Below, piece by piece: positions 30,018 through 39,411 of a stretch of 64,000 bases of DNA (its first letter is position 1; every line of letters begins with the position of its first letter). The position numbers were made by a program, and so were the translations under genes. Below the pieces are notes generated by a model. The model did no database searches and was not told where the DNA came from. It saw only the letters and a program-made list of their open reading frames with translations. Origin of the DNA: a virus; IMG/VR virus record IMGVR_UViG_3300031419_000529, positions 1 to 64,000 of that record; one strand, written 5' to 3'.

Positions 30018-31160
30018 ATGCCAGCAGGCACTCTAACCCTAACGAATAACTCCGCTGTAGTTAAGGGGGCGGGAACGGCATTTAACACTGAGTTGAAAGC
30101 CGGCGATATGATTGTGAGCATCGTTGGCGGCGATACCTATACGTTGCCGGTGAAAACCGTTGATAGCGCCACACAGGTCACGTTAATTAAAGCGTATGAC
30201 GGACCGGCGCAAGCCGGCGCAGCGTGGTATGCCGTACCGCGTGACACGATGAACGCTATTACCGCTCAACTGGCGGCTGAGACGGCCAAGGCAATGCGCG
30301 GGATGAATTACGACAAAGCAAACTGGCAGCAGGTGTTCAGCGGTACCGGAAACATTACGGTAACGCTTCCCGACGGCAGTACATATACCGGTCCGGCCTG
30401 GAATAGCTTTACAGCGGCACTAAATTTAAAAGCTGATAAAACAGACCTTGATAAAAAAGTCGATAAAACATCGCTTGGCAACTCTGCAACCCGTGATGTG
30501 GGAACTGGCCCAGGAAACGTTGCGGTGGGGAATGATAGTCGTTTTAGTTCAATCGATGGGAATAGTGGTGGGGAACTATCTAGAGGTTCTGGAATATCAT
30601 TAGCTATCAATGGCTCTAATGATACCGGCGGATATAACACTACGCCAAGATTTGAAACAATAATCAGGGGGCGAGGAGCCACTTCTGACCCCCGTGGAGC
30701 TAAATTCTCATTAATTGCTCAGGAGTTTATAGGCACAACTGCTGCGGGCATCCTTGAATTTGATGGGTTTGGGAAGAATTATACGTGGAGGTTTAACCTC
30801 GAAGGAAATGGAACAGCACCAGGCTCATGGATTGGAAACTCAGACCGTCGGATAAAAACGGATCTTGAAGTTATCGACAATGCCCTTTCAAAAGTTGGAA
30901 GACTTACCGGATACACAGGGCTTAAGGATGGACATCCATTTACGGGATTAATAGCCCAAGATGTTAAAGACGTATTGCCTCAGGCAGTATCCATAACAGG
31001 CGATTTAAAGTTACAGAATGGTGAGATTGTCAAAGATGTTTTAGGCGTTAGTTATGGTGAGTTGGCGGGGCTGCTCGTTGAAGCAATTAAACAGTTATCG
31101 TTAAAAATTAGCCGTCAGGATGAAGAGGTTAGAGAATTAAAAGAGTCAATGAATCGTTAA
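30018..31160 (+). CDS. Tail fibre with C-terminal S74 intramolecular chaperone
   Basis: SDRRIKTD, GLIAQDV, YGELAGLLVEAIKQL. Confidence 0.9.
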   Translation: MPAGTLTLTNNSAVVKGAGTAFNTELKAGDMIVSIVGGDTYTLPVKTVDSATQVTLIKAYDGPAQAGAAWYAVPRDTMNAITAQLAAETAKAMRGMNYDKANWQQVFSGTGNITVTLPDGSTYTGPAWNSFTAALNLKADKTDLDKKVDKTSLGNSATRDVGTGPGNVAVGNDSRFSSIDGNSGGELSRGSGISLAINGSNDTGGYNTTPRFETIIRGRGATSDPRGAKFSLIAQEFIGTTAAGILEFDGFGKNYTWRFNLEGNGTAPGSWIGNSDRRIKTDLEVIDNALSKVGRLTGYTGLKDGHPFTGLIAQDVKDVLPQAVSITGDLKLQNGEIVKDVLGVSYGELAGLLVEAIKQLSLKISRQDEEVRELKESMNR

Positions 31161-31222
31161 TTAAAACGAAATAATACAACCACTAATTCCGCTTTGGCGG
31201 TTTTTTTTAATGGAGAAATGCG

Positions 31223-32569
31223 ATGGTTTTAATCAGTGGAGTATTAAAAGGACCTTATGGTGATGTACGTTCTGACGTGACAATCACCATGCGCTCGGTT
31301 AAAACATCCGCGACGGTATTGGGCTTGCTTAGTTCAAAATCTACAACGGATGAAAGCGGCCGTTATTCTTTGACCGTTGAGTCTGGCGCATATGAAGTAA
31401 TTGTTTCGGTCAGGGGGCAAGCTGATTTTTCAGTAGGTACAATTCAAGTATTCTCAGACTCGCTACCCGGCTCGCTCAATGATTTTCTGCGTCGTCCAGG
31501 GGAAAGCGACATCACGCCGGAGATTGTTCAAACCGTCGATCGCATGCGTGTAGATGCCGCCGCATCAGCGGATAAGTCAGCCGCATCTGCTGCAGCGGCA
31601 AAACAAAGCGAAGATAACTCGGCGTCTACGTTAGCAGCAGCTGTAAAAGAAAGTTCACGTGCTGTTATCGTCCCTGCTGTAGTCAACGCGATTGGTAACT
31701 TTCAGGGGTATTTGAAGTTGGCCACGCTGCCGATAACCAACACAGGCGTGAACGGTGTGCACTTTATGGTTGCAGCGGGGAGAACGTACGGAACCCCAGG
31801 TATGGATATAAAGTTTGTTCAGTTCTCGGCACGCAACGCATCGACGACAGCACTCGATAGCAGAGGGCTAAAAGTTGCATCGCTGGGGCCAGCGGGGCAA
31901 GACGTTAAGTTTGGCGCAATTTATAACGCCCAAACAGCGCGATGGGAACTATGGATGTTAGGGCCAGCATACAGCATGCCATCGGTAACAATACTCGCAA
32001 GCAGCAGCTCAAATGCCATGTCAGGAATTGAATTGCTGAAAGATAACACATGGCAAAAAACCAAGCCTGATGGTTTTACCCCCGTAGTAGAAGATAAAAT
32101 TTATTCTGGTTATAACGTAACCGTGGACGCGAACGGATTTTTGAAAGCAGCATCGCCGATCGTTAAGTTGTCCCGCGATGGCTCATGCGACCTTAACGAC
32201 GAAAGCCAGGGGGTAACTACCGAACGTGTGAGTGAAGGAGTTTATCGCGTATCCGGCACGTTGGGGTTTAACGCTGATGCTGAATGGGGCGGCCCTGATG
32301 GTGGTATCGAGGTTCCGCTCGACCGCAACAAACAGCCGCTGATCTGGGTGGATTACGAGGTAGAGCCAACCGGTGATCTGCTGATCAAAACCTACCATCG
32401 CACGCACCCGACAGCGCCGGCATTCGCCCGCAATGAAGTGATGGGATATGACGAAGGGATGCCGATCGATATACCGGAGGGGCGCTGGGTGGACCTGCGC
32501 GTTGAGATGCCTGCCGTGGAAGAGTCTTCTCCAGAAATTGCAGTAGAAAAACCTGAGTTGGAGAGTTGA
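31223..32569 (+). CDS. Second tail fibre (lambda Stf-like N-terminus)
   Basis: ISGVLKGP...PGSLNDFL N-terminus; VDANGFLKAASP...PIDIPEGRWVDLRV C-terminus. Confidence 0.85.
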   Translation: MVLISGVLKGPYGDVRSDVTITMRSVKTSATVLGLLSSKSTTDESGRYSLTVESGAYEVIVSVRGQADFSVGTIQVFSDSLPGSLNDFLRRPGESDITPEIVQTVDRMRVDAAASADKSAASAAAAKQSEDNSASTLAAAVKESSRAVIVPAVVNAIGNFQGYLKLATLPITNTGVNGVHFMVAAGRTYGTPGMDIKFVQFSARNASTTALDSRGLKVASLGPAGQDVKFGAIYNAQTARWELWMLGPAYSMPSVTILASSSSNAMSGIELLKDNTWQKTKPDGFTPVVEDKIYSGYNVTVDANGFLKAASPIVKLSRDGSCDLNDESQGVTTERVSEGVYRVSGTLGFNADAEWGGPDGGIEVPLDRNKQPLIWVDYEVEPTGDLLIKTYHRTHPTAPAFARNEVMGYDEGMPIDIPEGRWVDLRVEMPAVEESSPEIAVEKPELES

Positions 32570-32784
32570 ATTTAAGCCGGGAGAGATCCCGGCATTTTGC
32601 TGACCGGTCAACATTAATGGCGGTGAAGAGGTCGGCTGTCCGAATTAATTTCGAATCGATCCGAGATTTTTAATAAGTGTTTGAATGTTAAGGACGGTTA
32701 ACGAAGGTTTTTTTGATGGGTTCTTAATCTTTTTTGGTGTTATCTATCTGAAATTAAATGATTTATTTTTCTGTGTGCGATTAA

Positions 32785-32808
32785 AGGAATCGTATTCGGT
32801 CTTTTTTT
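32785..32808 (+). other. att core at the prophage 1/prophage 2 junction; matches the 3' end of SdsR/RyeB
   Basis: AGGAATCGTATTCGGTCTTTTTTT, recalled as the SdsR terminator 3' arm; the 5' arm (GACCGAATAC) is absent; 80 bp from the int stop. Confidence 0.8.
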
Positions 32809-32843
32809 GTGTGCTTGATTTATAAGGTAAAATTTCACCCACC

Positions 32844-32871
32844 CACGAAAATACACGAAATTTCCACGAAA
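32844..32871 (+). repeat. Integrase arm-type sites (CACGAAA x3)
   Basis: Direct repeats at 32844, 32854, 32865 between the core and int. Confidence 0.7.
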
Positions 32872-32888
32872 ACCTATATCCGGTCTTT

Positions 32889-33974
32889 TTAGACAAGTAC
32901 GTATTCCTTGCCTCTGGGATCGAGATATTTCTTCGTCATGATTGCTGATTTGTGGCCCAATAGGCGCTGTGCGAACTCTTCCCCTTTTTCCATGCTGTAT
33001 AGCCGTGACGCGAGACTGCGAATCTCGTGAAATGTTGGTGGATTGTCACCAAGATCCAACGTTGAGGCATTCCTGGCTTTCACAAATGCTTTGGTTAAAG
33101 CGTCAGGGTGTAACGATGTATCACCTTTCTTAGAACGCCGCGTGGTGTTGATGATGTAGTTTGAAGAATGCGAGGCTCGGCAGCGCTCTATTACATCCCC
33201 CAAGCGAAGATTTGCCGCTTCAAGATGTAGGCTTAAAGGGATGGCGATGCGCATACCTGTTTTACCCTGTTCGACATGCAGTCGATCGTCGATGATGTCA
33301 GTAAAACGCAGGAGAACAACATCCTCTCTCCTTTGGCCGGTGATAAGGGCCATATCCATAGCAAATCCCACCCATTGAGGGTGTTCACTCGCTGCTAAAT
33401 ATATTTTTGTGTACTCATCATAATTTAGACGCTCACGTTTAACTTTAATGCGAGGGGCTCTAGTTGCTGCCACTGGGTTTGTTTTTATTCTACCTTCCAC
33501 GATTGCTTCCCTAAATATATCAGACAAAACTGAACGCATTGCTGTTGACATCGAATTTTTCCCCTGAGCGTTAAATGACTCCAAATACTCAGCTATCTGG
33601 CGAGTGTCTATTTCTGGCAGCAAACAGTTTCCCATTAATGACCTAATCATTTTTAACTGGTTAGTTCGAATTTTTATAGTGTTTGGTTTTAACTCTCGCC
33701 GGCTAAGTATTACCTCGTACCTATCTAGCCACGCATTAAGTGTTAAAACGTCTTTGCGGCTTTTAAGGCGATCTATGAGTGCATTGGGCAGATAGTTTTG
33801 CTCAAGGTAGTTGTTCGCTTCGATTGCCTGCGCAATGGCATCCTTTCTTGCAATCTGCCCCAAGGGAAGCTCTCGCTGCGTGATAGGGTGGCGCCAGTAG
33901 AACGATTTATATTTCTTACGATAAGTGAGATTCTTAGGTAAGTTAGCGTCGTACTTTTCTGGTCTTTTCGCCAT
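32889..33974 (-). CDS. int: Tyrosine integrase, lambda family
   Basis: TGQRRED, FHEIRSL, LLGHKSAIMTKKY; N-terminal arm-binding domain. Confidence 0.96.
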   Translation of the reverse strand: MAKRPEKYDANLPKNLTYRKKYKSFYWRHPITQRELPLGQIARKDAIAQAIEANNYLEQNYLPNALIDRLKSRKDVLTLNAWLDRYEVILSRRELKPNTIKIRTNQLKMIRSLMGNCLLPEIDTRQIAEYLESFNAQGKNSMSTAMRSVLSDIFREAIVEGRIKTNPVAATRAPRIKVKRERLNYDEYTKIYLAASEHPQWVGFAMDMALITGQRREDVVLLRFTDIIDDRLHVEQGKTGMRIAIPLSLHLEAANLRLGDVIERCRASHSSNYIINTTRRSKKGDTSLHPDALTKAFVKARNASTLDLGDNPPTFHEIRSLASRLYSMEKGEEFAQRLLGHKSAIMTKKYLDPRGKEYVLV

Positions 33975-34218
33975 TAATTATTCTCTCTATCAGCGGTGGA
34001 ACTTCTATTGCTTCGGTTTTCTGCAATGCTCTGGCAAGATTAAATGACTTGGGTTGTATATAAATCGCGTTCGGTTTTACCCTGTATTCTCGCCCATGTT
34101 TTTCCGGCGCTGGGTAAATGTTCCCACTACGAGCCCAGCGGCGTAATGTTTTTATTGATGGCTGTTTACTCTCATAGGTTTTTTCACTCCATTCTTCTAG
34201 GGTGAGTAACTTTGTCAT
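33943..34218 (-). CDS. xis: Excisionase
   Basis: LTLEEW...TLRRWARSGNIYPAPEKHGREYRV; overlaps the int start. Confidence 0.92.
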   Translation of the reverse strand: MTKLLTLEEWSEKTYESKQPSIKTLRRWARSGNIYPAPEKHGREYRVKPNAIYIQPKSFNLARALQKTEAIEVPPLIERIINGEKTRKVRR

Positions 34219-34350
34219 TATCTTCTCCTCAAAAGAGAAGGGCGTAACACTGTTACGCCCTTATTATGGTTTATCTAATGTGATTAGGAAGGGGCTATGG
34301 TCGATCGTGTGTGGGCTATAATTTTCCTACTATCACTGTGAGGTTTTTGT

Positions 34351-35049
34351 ATGTGCGGCCGCTTTACCCAAGTACTAACAAGGGCTGACTATCTCGATTA
34401 TTTAGCATCAGAGCTCGAGTATGCAGATGCTCTGGATACTGTGCCTATTGGAAGGTATAACGTTGCGCCTGGTACCCATGTACTGCTCATCAATCAGCGC
34501 GATACCCAGCTCCATATGGATCCGGTTCTATGGGGATATGGCCCTGATTGGTGGCTTGAGATGAAGCGCCCGCCCGTAATCAATGCACGGGTTGAAACTG
34601 CAGCGAGTAGCCGGATGTTTAAACCGTTGTGGGAGCATGGCCGCATGCTGGTGGCTGCCGACGGTTGGTATGAGTGGAAGAAGTCACCGGATGATCCGAA
34701 GAAGAAACAGCCGTATTTTATCCATTCGGATGGGCCGATATTCTTTGCTGCCATCAGTCGATTTCATACCAAAGAGGCTGAGCAGCACGATGATGGCTTT
34801 GTCATTATCACGGCTGCTAGCGACTCCGGCTTACTGGATATCCATGATCGGCGGCCGGTAGTCTTGCCGCCGGCGGCGGCCCGCGAATGGCTAAACCCCG
34901 AAACTTCTTCTGCGCGTGCTGAAGAAATCGCCACGCGTGGAGCCACACCTGCCGATAAATTCTCGTGGTATCCCGTTTCAAAGGCCGTTGGCAGCATTAA
35001 GAACGACAGCGCGGATCTCTTGAAGCCTATCGATAATCCGCTACTGTGA
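34351..35049 (+). CDS. SOS response-associated peptidase (SRAP/YedK family)
   Basis: MCGRF N-terminus, INARVET, ADGWYEW, IHDRRP. Confidence 0.93.
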   Translation: MCGRFTQVLTRADYLDYLASELEYADALDTVPIGRYNVAPGTHVLLINQRDTQLHMDPVLWGYGPDWWLEMKRPPVINARVETAASSRMFKPLWEHGRMLVAADGWYEWKKSPDDPKKKQPYFIHSDGPIFFAAISRFHTKEAEQHDDGFVIITAASDSGLLDIHDRRPVVLPPAAAREWLNPETSSARAEEIATRGATPADKFSWYPVSKAVGSIKNDSADLLKPIDNPLL

Positions 35050-35051
35050 TG

Positions 35052-36320
35052 TCAGTAAACGCGGGCGCGCGGCAAGTCCGTCACTCGTGTGGTATATGCG
35101 GGGGAGAGCAATTCTCGCTTCATCGACCATGCCTGGTGATTGCCCTGGCCGGCGAACCAGACTTTTGCACGCCCAGACTTGTTGATTTGATCTAAAACTG
35201 TCATCAACCGTTCGCTATTAGGCCGTGGCTGGAATTCATCAAACAGATTCAACTGGGCGATACCTTGTGAGTAGAAGTCCTGCAGCATGACGCCTGCTTT
35301 CTGATAGCGGTGGCCCGGCTGCCAGATTGTATCTAAACATCGAATAGCCGCGGCTATAATGTCTCGAGTATCTTGCGTTGGTGTGCTGAGCTTGATGCTT
35401 GCAGTGTTGCTGTAATAGTCCTCGTTGATCGAGAACGGACTGGTCTTAACCCAGGCATTTATATACCGGCAATATTGATGCTCTTCGCGGAGTTTTTCCG
35501 CCGCGCGCGTCGCGTACATGCAGATCGCCTGGTGCATTTGGTCATACTCCGTGATGCGGTCACCGAAGCTGCGGCTGCAGATAATCTGCTGCTTCGTCGG
35601 TGCAAATTCCTCGAGCGACAAACAGGGTTCACCACGCAGTTCTCGCACCGTGCGCTCAATCACGACACTGAAATGCTTTCTGATCATTGTGGTGCTTGCG
35701 TCAGCCAACTGAAGTGCAGTCTCTATCCCCATGACCTGCAGTTTTTTCGATATCCGCCGACCAATACCCCAGATCTCCGCTACCGGCACTAGCGCCATCA
35801 ATTTTCGCTGCCGTTCCAAATTAGAAAGGTCAACCACGCCGCCGGTCTTATCCCATTTTTTCGCAGCGAAATTTGCCAGTTTTGCGAGTGTCTTGGTTTG
35901 GGCAATGCCCACACCTACGGTGAGCCCCGTGTCGCGCAGCACTTTGGCACGAACCTGCCGACCGAACTTATCAAGATCAATGCAGTTACGAACGCCGGTC
36001 AGATCGAGAAAACTTTCGTCAATTGAATAAATTTCGACGCGTGGTGCCATCTCTTCCAGCACTGCCATTACTCGCATCGACATATCGGCGTACAACTCGT
36101 AATTACTGCTGAACGCTATGCCGCCGGCGCGCTCAAAGTCCCGCTTAATTTTGAAATAGGGCTCTCCCATTTTGAGCCCCAATAACTTGGCTTCTTTACT
36201 CCGCGCCACTACACAGCCGTCATTATTCGATAGAACAACCACTGGGCGTCCGCGTAGATCCGGACGCCACAGCGTTTCGCAGCTTGCATAGAAGCTGTTT
36301 ACATCGGCCAGGGCATACAT
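35052..36320 (-). CDS. umuC: DNA polymerase V subunit UmuC-like
   Basis: [29 protein letters not shown] clamp motif, LSPAYTT. Confidence 0.96.
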   Translation of the reverse strand: MYALADVNSFYASCETLWRPDLRGRPVVVLSNNDGCVVARSKEAKLLGLKMGEPYFKIKRDFERAGGIAFSSNYELYADMSMRVMAVLEEMAPRVEIYSIDESFLDLTGVRNCIDLDKFGRQVRAKVLRDTGLTVGVGIAQTKTLAKLANFAAKKWDKTGGVVDLSNLERQRKLMALVPVAEIWGIGRRISKKLQVMGIETALQLADASTTMIRKHFSVVIERTVRELRGEPCLSLEEFAPTKQQIICSRSFGDRITEYDQMHQAICMYATRAAEKLREEHQYCRYINAWVKTSPFSINEDYYSNTASIKLSTPTQDTRDIIAAAIRCLDTIWQPGHRYQKAGVMLQDFYSQGIAQLNLFDEFQPRPNSERLMTVLDQINKSGRAKVWFAGQGNHQAWSMKRELLSPAYTTRVTDLPRARVY

Positions 36321-36742
36321 TATTTCAGCCTCGTGATCGTTGAAATGACTACCCCAACGATGTCCAGGTCTTCGCCACCGTCAGGAAGGGGAATAGGGCT
36401 GAATTTCGGGTTCATTGGCTCGAGCTGTGCAACAGGGTTTAGGCACAGCCGCTTAACCGTGAACTCGCCTGCGATGCTGGCGATCACGATATCGCCGTGA
36501 CAGGCACTAATGCTTCGATCGACTACCAGCATAGATCCGTCGGTGATCCCGGCTTCGATCATGCTTTCTCCTGAAGCGATCAGAAAGTAAGTTGCCGAAG
36601 GGTGGCTTATGCAGTACTCGTTGAGGTCGATCCGCGCGTGCACGTAATCTTGCGCAGGGCTGGGGAAGCCTGCTGGGACTTTGTCGGAGTAAAGCGGAGT
36701 GAGTTGTTTCTCGGGTGTTGGTGTTGGAAAAAAGTGCTTCAT
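36320..36742 (-). CDS. umuD: DNA polymerase V subunit UmuD-like
   Basis: [22 protein letters not shown]; ATG 36742 downstream of the SOS box. Confidence 0.95.
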   Translation of the reverse strand: MKHFFPTPTPEKQLTPLYSDKVPAGFPSPAQDYVHARIDLNEYCISHPSATYFLIASGESMIEAGITDGSMLVVDRSISACHGDIVIASIAGEFTVKRLCLNPVAQLEPMNPKFSPIPLPDGGEDLDIVGVVISTITRLK

Positions 36743-36758
36743 GGTGCATTTCTCTATA

Positions 36759-36774
36759 CTGTTTTTATATACAG
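36759..36774 (-). promoter_or_regulatory. LexA box of umuDC
   Basis: CTGT-TTTTATAT-ACAG. Confidence 0.9.
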
Positions 36775-36927
36775 TATAATCCCGTTTTAGACGTTGCAAC
36801 CATAAAGAAAGGGAGGGATAGAAGGATCTAAAGCTATCCCTTTGTTGAGCAAGATGATCCTCTCGGAAAAATTTTACTTCGCTAGCTGGGGATACACACA
36901 GGCTGTGAGCCAGTTTCTTAAGTAAGG

Positions 36928-37215
36928 CTAAAAAGCCGGTACAGGTTTTTTTGTTTTTATAATCAACTCGATATCTTCGTCTTTTAGGCTAGCGCGACCA
37001 TCGTCTTGAGTTGCTAAGTAATAGGTATTTCCATTCACACTTGTAAATTCTGATATAGAAAAAGACTCATATAGATCAATTGGTTCAACAGGATCTTTGC
37101 TTTCAGTATTACGTCGTCTTACAAGATTACCTGTGATAAAGGTAGCTATACCGTCTTGCATAGAACCAGACAAGATGCTTCCTTTATGACCAGCACCATA
37201 GACAATAAAATCCAT
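36928..37215 (-). CDS. Hypothetical protein (AT-rich)
   Basis: RBS AGGAGG overlapping the upstream stop. Confidence 0.75.
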   Translation of the reverse strand: MDFIVYGAGHKGSILSGSMQDGIATFITGNLVRRRNTESKDPVEPIDLYESFSISEFTSVNGNTYYLATQDDGRASLKDEDIELIIKTKKPVPAF

Positions 37216-37227
37216 AATCCTTCCTCC

Positions 37228-37470
37228 TTATATTTTGTTTACATCTAAACCAGCCTTGACCAACCTATCAACAATGTTGCGCATTTTGCCAATTTCGGCA
37301 GTGTATGTTTTTGATATTCCAAGTTCTTCACATATTGCTTTTCGGTCAACACTAGATAAATCTTGAGCATATTTTAGGAACTGGAGATGAAGTTCAGCTG
37401 TTTTTTCACCAACTGGAGCTTTACTTCTGGCGGATTTTATTGCCTTGTAAATTTCTTGTTCTTTCTTCAT
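37228..37470 (-). CDS. Small HTH-like protein
   Basis: AICEELGISKTYTAEI helix-turn-helix pattern; RBS AAGGAG. Confidence 0.75.
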   Translation of the reverse strand: MKKEQEIYKAIKSARSKAPVGEKTAELHLQFLKYAQDLSSVDRKAICEELGISKTYTAEIGKMRNIVDRLVKAGLDVNKI

Positions 37471-37592
37471 AACTTACTCCTTCATAAGAAAATTATTGCT
37501 TGAAATGGTAATGTTAATGAGTACAATCTAACCACAGTTTTTTCTTCTTAGGCAATCATAAGGAGGCTAATTTTGGCCAACTTTTTGAATTG

Positions 37593-37744
37593 CCCCGCGG
37601 AACCTGTTTAGTTTTTTTAAAGGTTCCCCCTTCCCGGGGAAGATATCAAAAGAAGTACAGAGAAGGGGGCGCGAAAGCGTTCGTCAGCAAACTGGGCGCC
37701 GGAGAAATCCGGCGTTTTAATTTGTCCAGTTACATCATGACGGA
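37593..37744 (+). ncRNA. Candidate pseudoknotted structured RNA
   Basis: Six helices, two GAAA tetraloops, G-U pairs consistent only with the + strand; folded by eye. Confidence 0.45.
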
Positions 37745-37763
37745 TATTTTACGAATTTGCCTA

Positions 37764-38102
37764 TCAGTCGTTCCAACAGTCAATTTCGCATTCAATGTTC
37801 TCGTCGATTTCAATATTTGATGCTTCTTCATTGAGTGTATCTCGGGCTTCTTTTTCGTACCTAACTCTACAACTGCCGAACCAACTGCTAAATTCTGGTG
37901 ACCAGCCGTCGATCCCGTAATCGACCTTTGCGTTACGTTCTGCCATTTCCGACACCATGCAATCGGCGGTAATGATGGCTGCACGCCGGATGTACCCCTT
38001 GAGGTCACGTTTGCGCCAGTATGGAGAACGCTTGGAATCGCAGATAGGTTTAAAGTGAACCTTCCAGCGCTGGATGCAGCGCCCTGTCAGTGTTTTGCTC
38101 AT
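37764..38102 (-). CDS. Phage hypothetical protein
   Basis: 112 aa, coupled to the upstream ORF (TAATG). Confidence 0.75.
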   Translation of the reverse strand: MSKTLTGRCIQRWKVHFKPICDSKRSPYWRKRDLKGYIRRAAIITADCMVSEMAERNAKVDYGIDGWSPEFSSWFGSCRVRYEKEARDTLNEEASNIEIDENIECEIDCWND

Positions 38103-38281
38103 TATTCCACCTCTGACATCAGTGCTACGGCATCGAGCGGCTGGCAGGCGTAATCCGCTGCGAGCAGCATTTGGTCCTCGATATCGAGATGACAGTTCAC
38201 CTCGTCGGGGTACACCACGCCTTCAAAGCGGTAACACTCAGGCTGCCCGCTCAGGCAGAACAGGAAAAAAAGTCCGTACAT
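38102..38281 (-). CDS. DUF1482/YebW-like small protein, 59 aa (not in ORF track)
   Basis: MYGLFFLFCLSGQPEC...VYPDEVNC...YACQPLD four-Cys pattern; RBS TAAGGA. Confidence 0.7.
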   Translation of the reverse strand: MYGLFFLFCLSGQPECYRFEGVVYPDEVNCHLDIEDQMLLAADYACQPLDAVALMSEVE

Positions 38282-38320
38282 AGGGATCCTTAACCGCGCA
38301 GGTATGCGGCGAGAGGGGAA

Positions 38321-38617
38321 TTAATAGAGGTAATTTCCGATAGAGATAGGCTTGATACCGAGTTTTTCAGCGATGTGACGTGGGCGAACACCCGCAGCGT
38401 AAAGCTGCCTGGCAAGCTCAGTATCTTCTTGGGGGTACTTTGTGCTGTGATGGTAATCACCGCGTTTTTGCAGGCTGATATGAAGTTTGTGTGCTTGGCT
38501 CTTAACCGCGTGTTTAGTGCGTCCTATCAGCAGGCCAATATCTTCAGCTGTGAGCTTTGCAGCGTATTTTCGAAGGATGTTTATCTCTGATTCTTGCCAC
38601 TCCGGGAATATTTGCAT
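38321..38617 (-). CDS. Putative DNA-binding protein (two HTH-like motifs)
   Basis: WQESEINILR...IGRTKHAVK; IAEKLGI. Confidence 0.75.
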   Translation of the reverse strand: MQIFPEWQESEINILRKYAAKLTAEDIGLLIGRTKHAVKSQAHKLHISLQKRGDYHHSTKYPQEDTELARQLYAAGVRPRHIAEKLGIKPISIGNYLY

Positions 38618-38641
38618 AAATCCTCCTTTCTTGGTGGGGGG

Positions 38642-38866
38642 CTATTTGCGCCGCCCCCAGACCAAACGGTCATAAGCCAGGCAGATCAGCTCGCAGATTG
38701 GTATCGCTACGTAGAACGCAATTAGCAGCAGCGGCCACACAATCGCCTCACAGGCGACAAAGCCAGCACTGTCTTTTTTTGCATTGACTGGGCGACGGAG
38801 CATGCAGCCGATCACGAAAGCGGTCGGCACACCGATGAGGTAGATGATGAGTGTGATGATCCACAT
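38642..38866 (-). CDS. Small membrane protein
   Basis: Two hydrophobic segments; translationally coupled. Confidence 0.7.
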   Translation of the reverse strand: MWIITLIIYLIGVPTAFVIGCMLRRPVNAKKDSAGFVACEAIVWPLLLIAFYVAIPICELICLAYDRLVWGRRK

Positions 38867-39168
38867 TAGGACTGCTTCCTTGGGGCTTTCGCGCTTTTGT
38901 CACGCCAAGTACGAGCATTGACCTTGAAGGATTTCCCCTTGCCGCCACTGAACAGCATGTTTTTCTGCACGGCGCGCTTAGAATATCCATGGGTTAGGAC
39001 ATCATTAGGGAAGCCGTGGCGCACTAGTACGTAAACGCTGTGGCGCTTGCCGTTCTCCACCATCATCTTGGCAGCCGCGAGGCCCATGGCAGACATAAAG
39101 CTGTCGCACTTGTCGTCGGGCTGGATATGGCGGATATAAAGCACGCCCTTAAGGTATTTGCTGCTCAT
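38866..39168 (-). CDS. Phage hypothetical protein
   Basis: 100 aa in the leftward operon. Confidence 0.65.
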   Translation of the reverse strand: MSSKYLKGVLYIRHIQPDDKCDSFMSAMGLAAAKMMVENGKRHSVYVLVRHGFPNDVLTHGYSKRAVQKNMLFSGGKGKSFKVNARTWRDKSAKAPRKQS

Positions 39169-39172
39169 TACA

Positions 39173-39406
39173 TCAATTTTCCTTGGCGCTAATAGCGCCG
39201 GTAATAGGGTTGATCACCACGTCGCTTTGCAACGGGCAAATTCGTTTGTATTTGACGGGTTTGTTCTTGAGGTAGGTCAGTTTGCCAGGGGTGAAAATGG
39301 CGATGTCATCGATATCGAAAATGGCAGCGATTTTCTTTATCGCGTCCTGCATATTGGCTTCGACCGCATGCTGCCAAACTTCCCGGCGGCCCTGCTTGAC
39401 CTCCAT
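39173..39406 (-). CDS. Phage hypothetical protein
   Basis: Internal ATG 39406 avoids overlap with the upstream gene. Confidence 0.6.
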   Translation of the reverse strand: MEVKQGRREVWQHAVEANMQDAIKKIAAIFDIDDIAIFTPGKLTYLKNKPVKYKRICPLQSDVVINPITGAISAKEN

Positions 39407-39411
39407 AAGAG

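Larger units (their letters stand above)
1..32808 (+). mobile_element. Prophage 1 (lambdoid siphovirus), right part; left end outside window
   Basis: Continuous + strand order nin-Q-lysis-terminase-portal-capsid-tail-tape measure-M/L/K/I/J-fibres, ending at an att core. Confidence 0.95.

Noticed and set aside
30018-32569. Invertible tail-fibre shufflon or diversity-generating retroelement
   Set aside because: No invertase, inverted repeats, RT or template/variable repeat pair seen
32785-32808. Intact sdsR/ryeB sRNA gene
   Set aside because: Only the 3' terminator arm is present; upstream sequence is not SdsR, so this is an att core
37500-37744. Retron msr-msd or RT-associated ncRNA
   Set aside because: No reverse transcriptase ORF in the window
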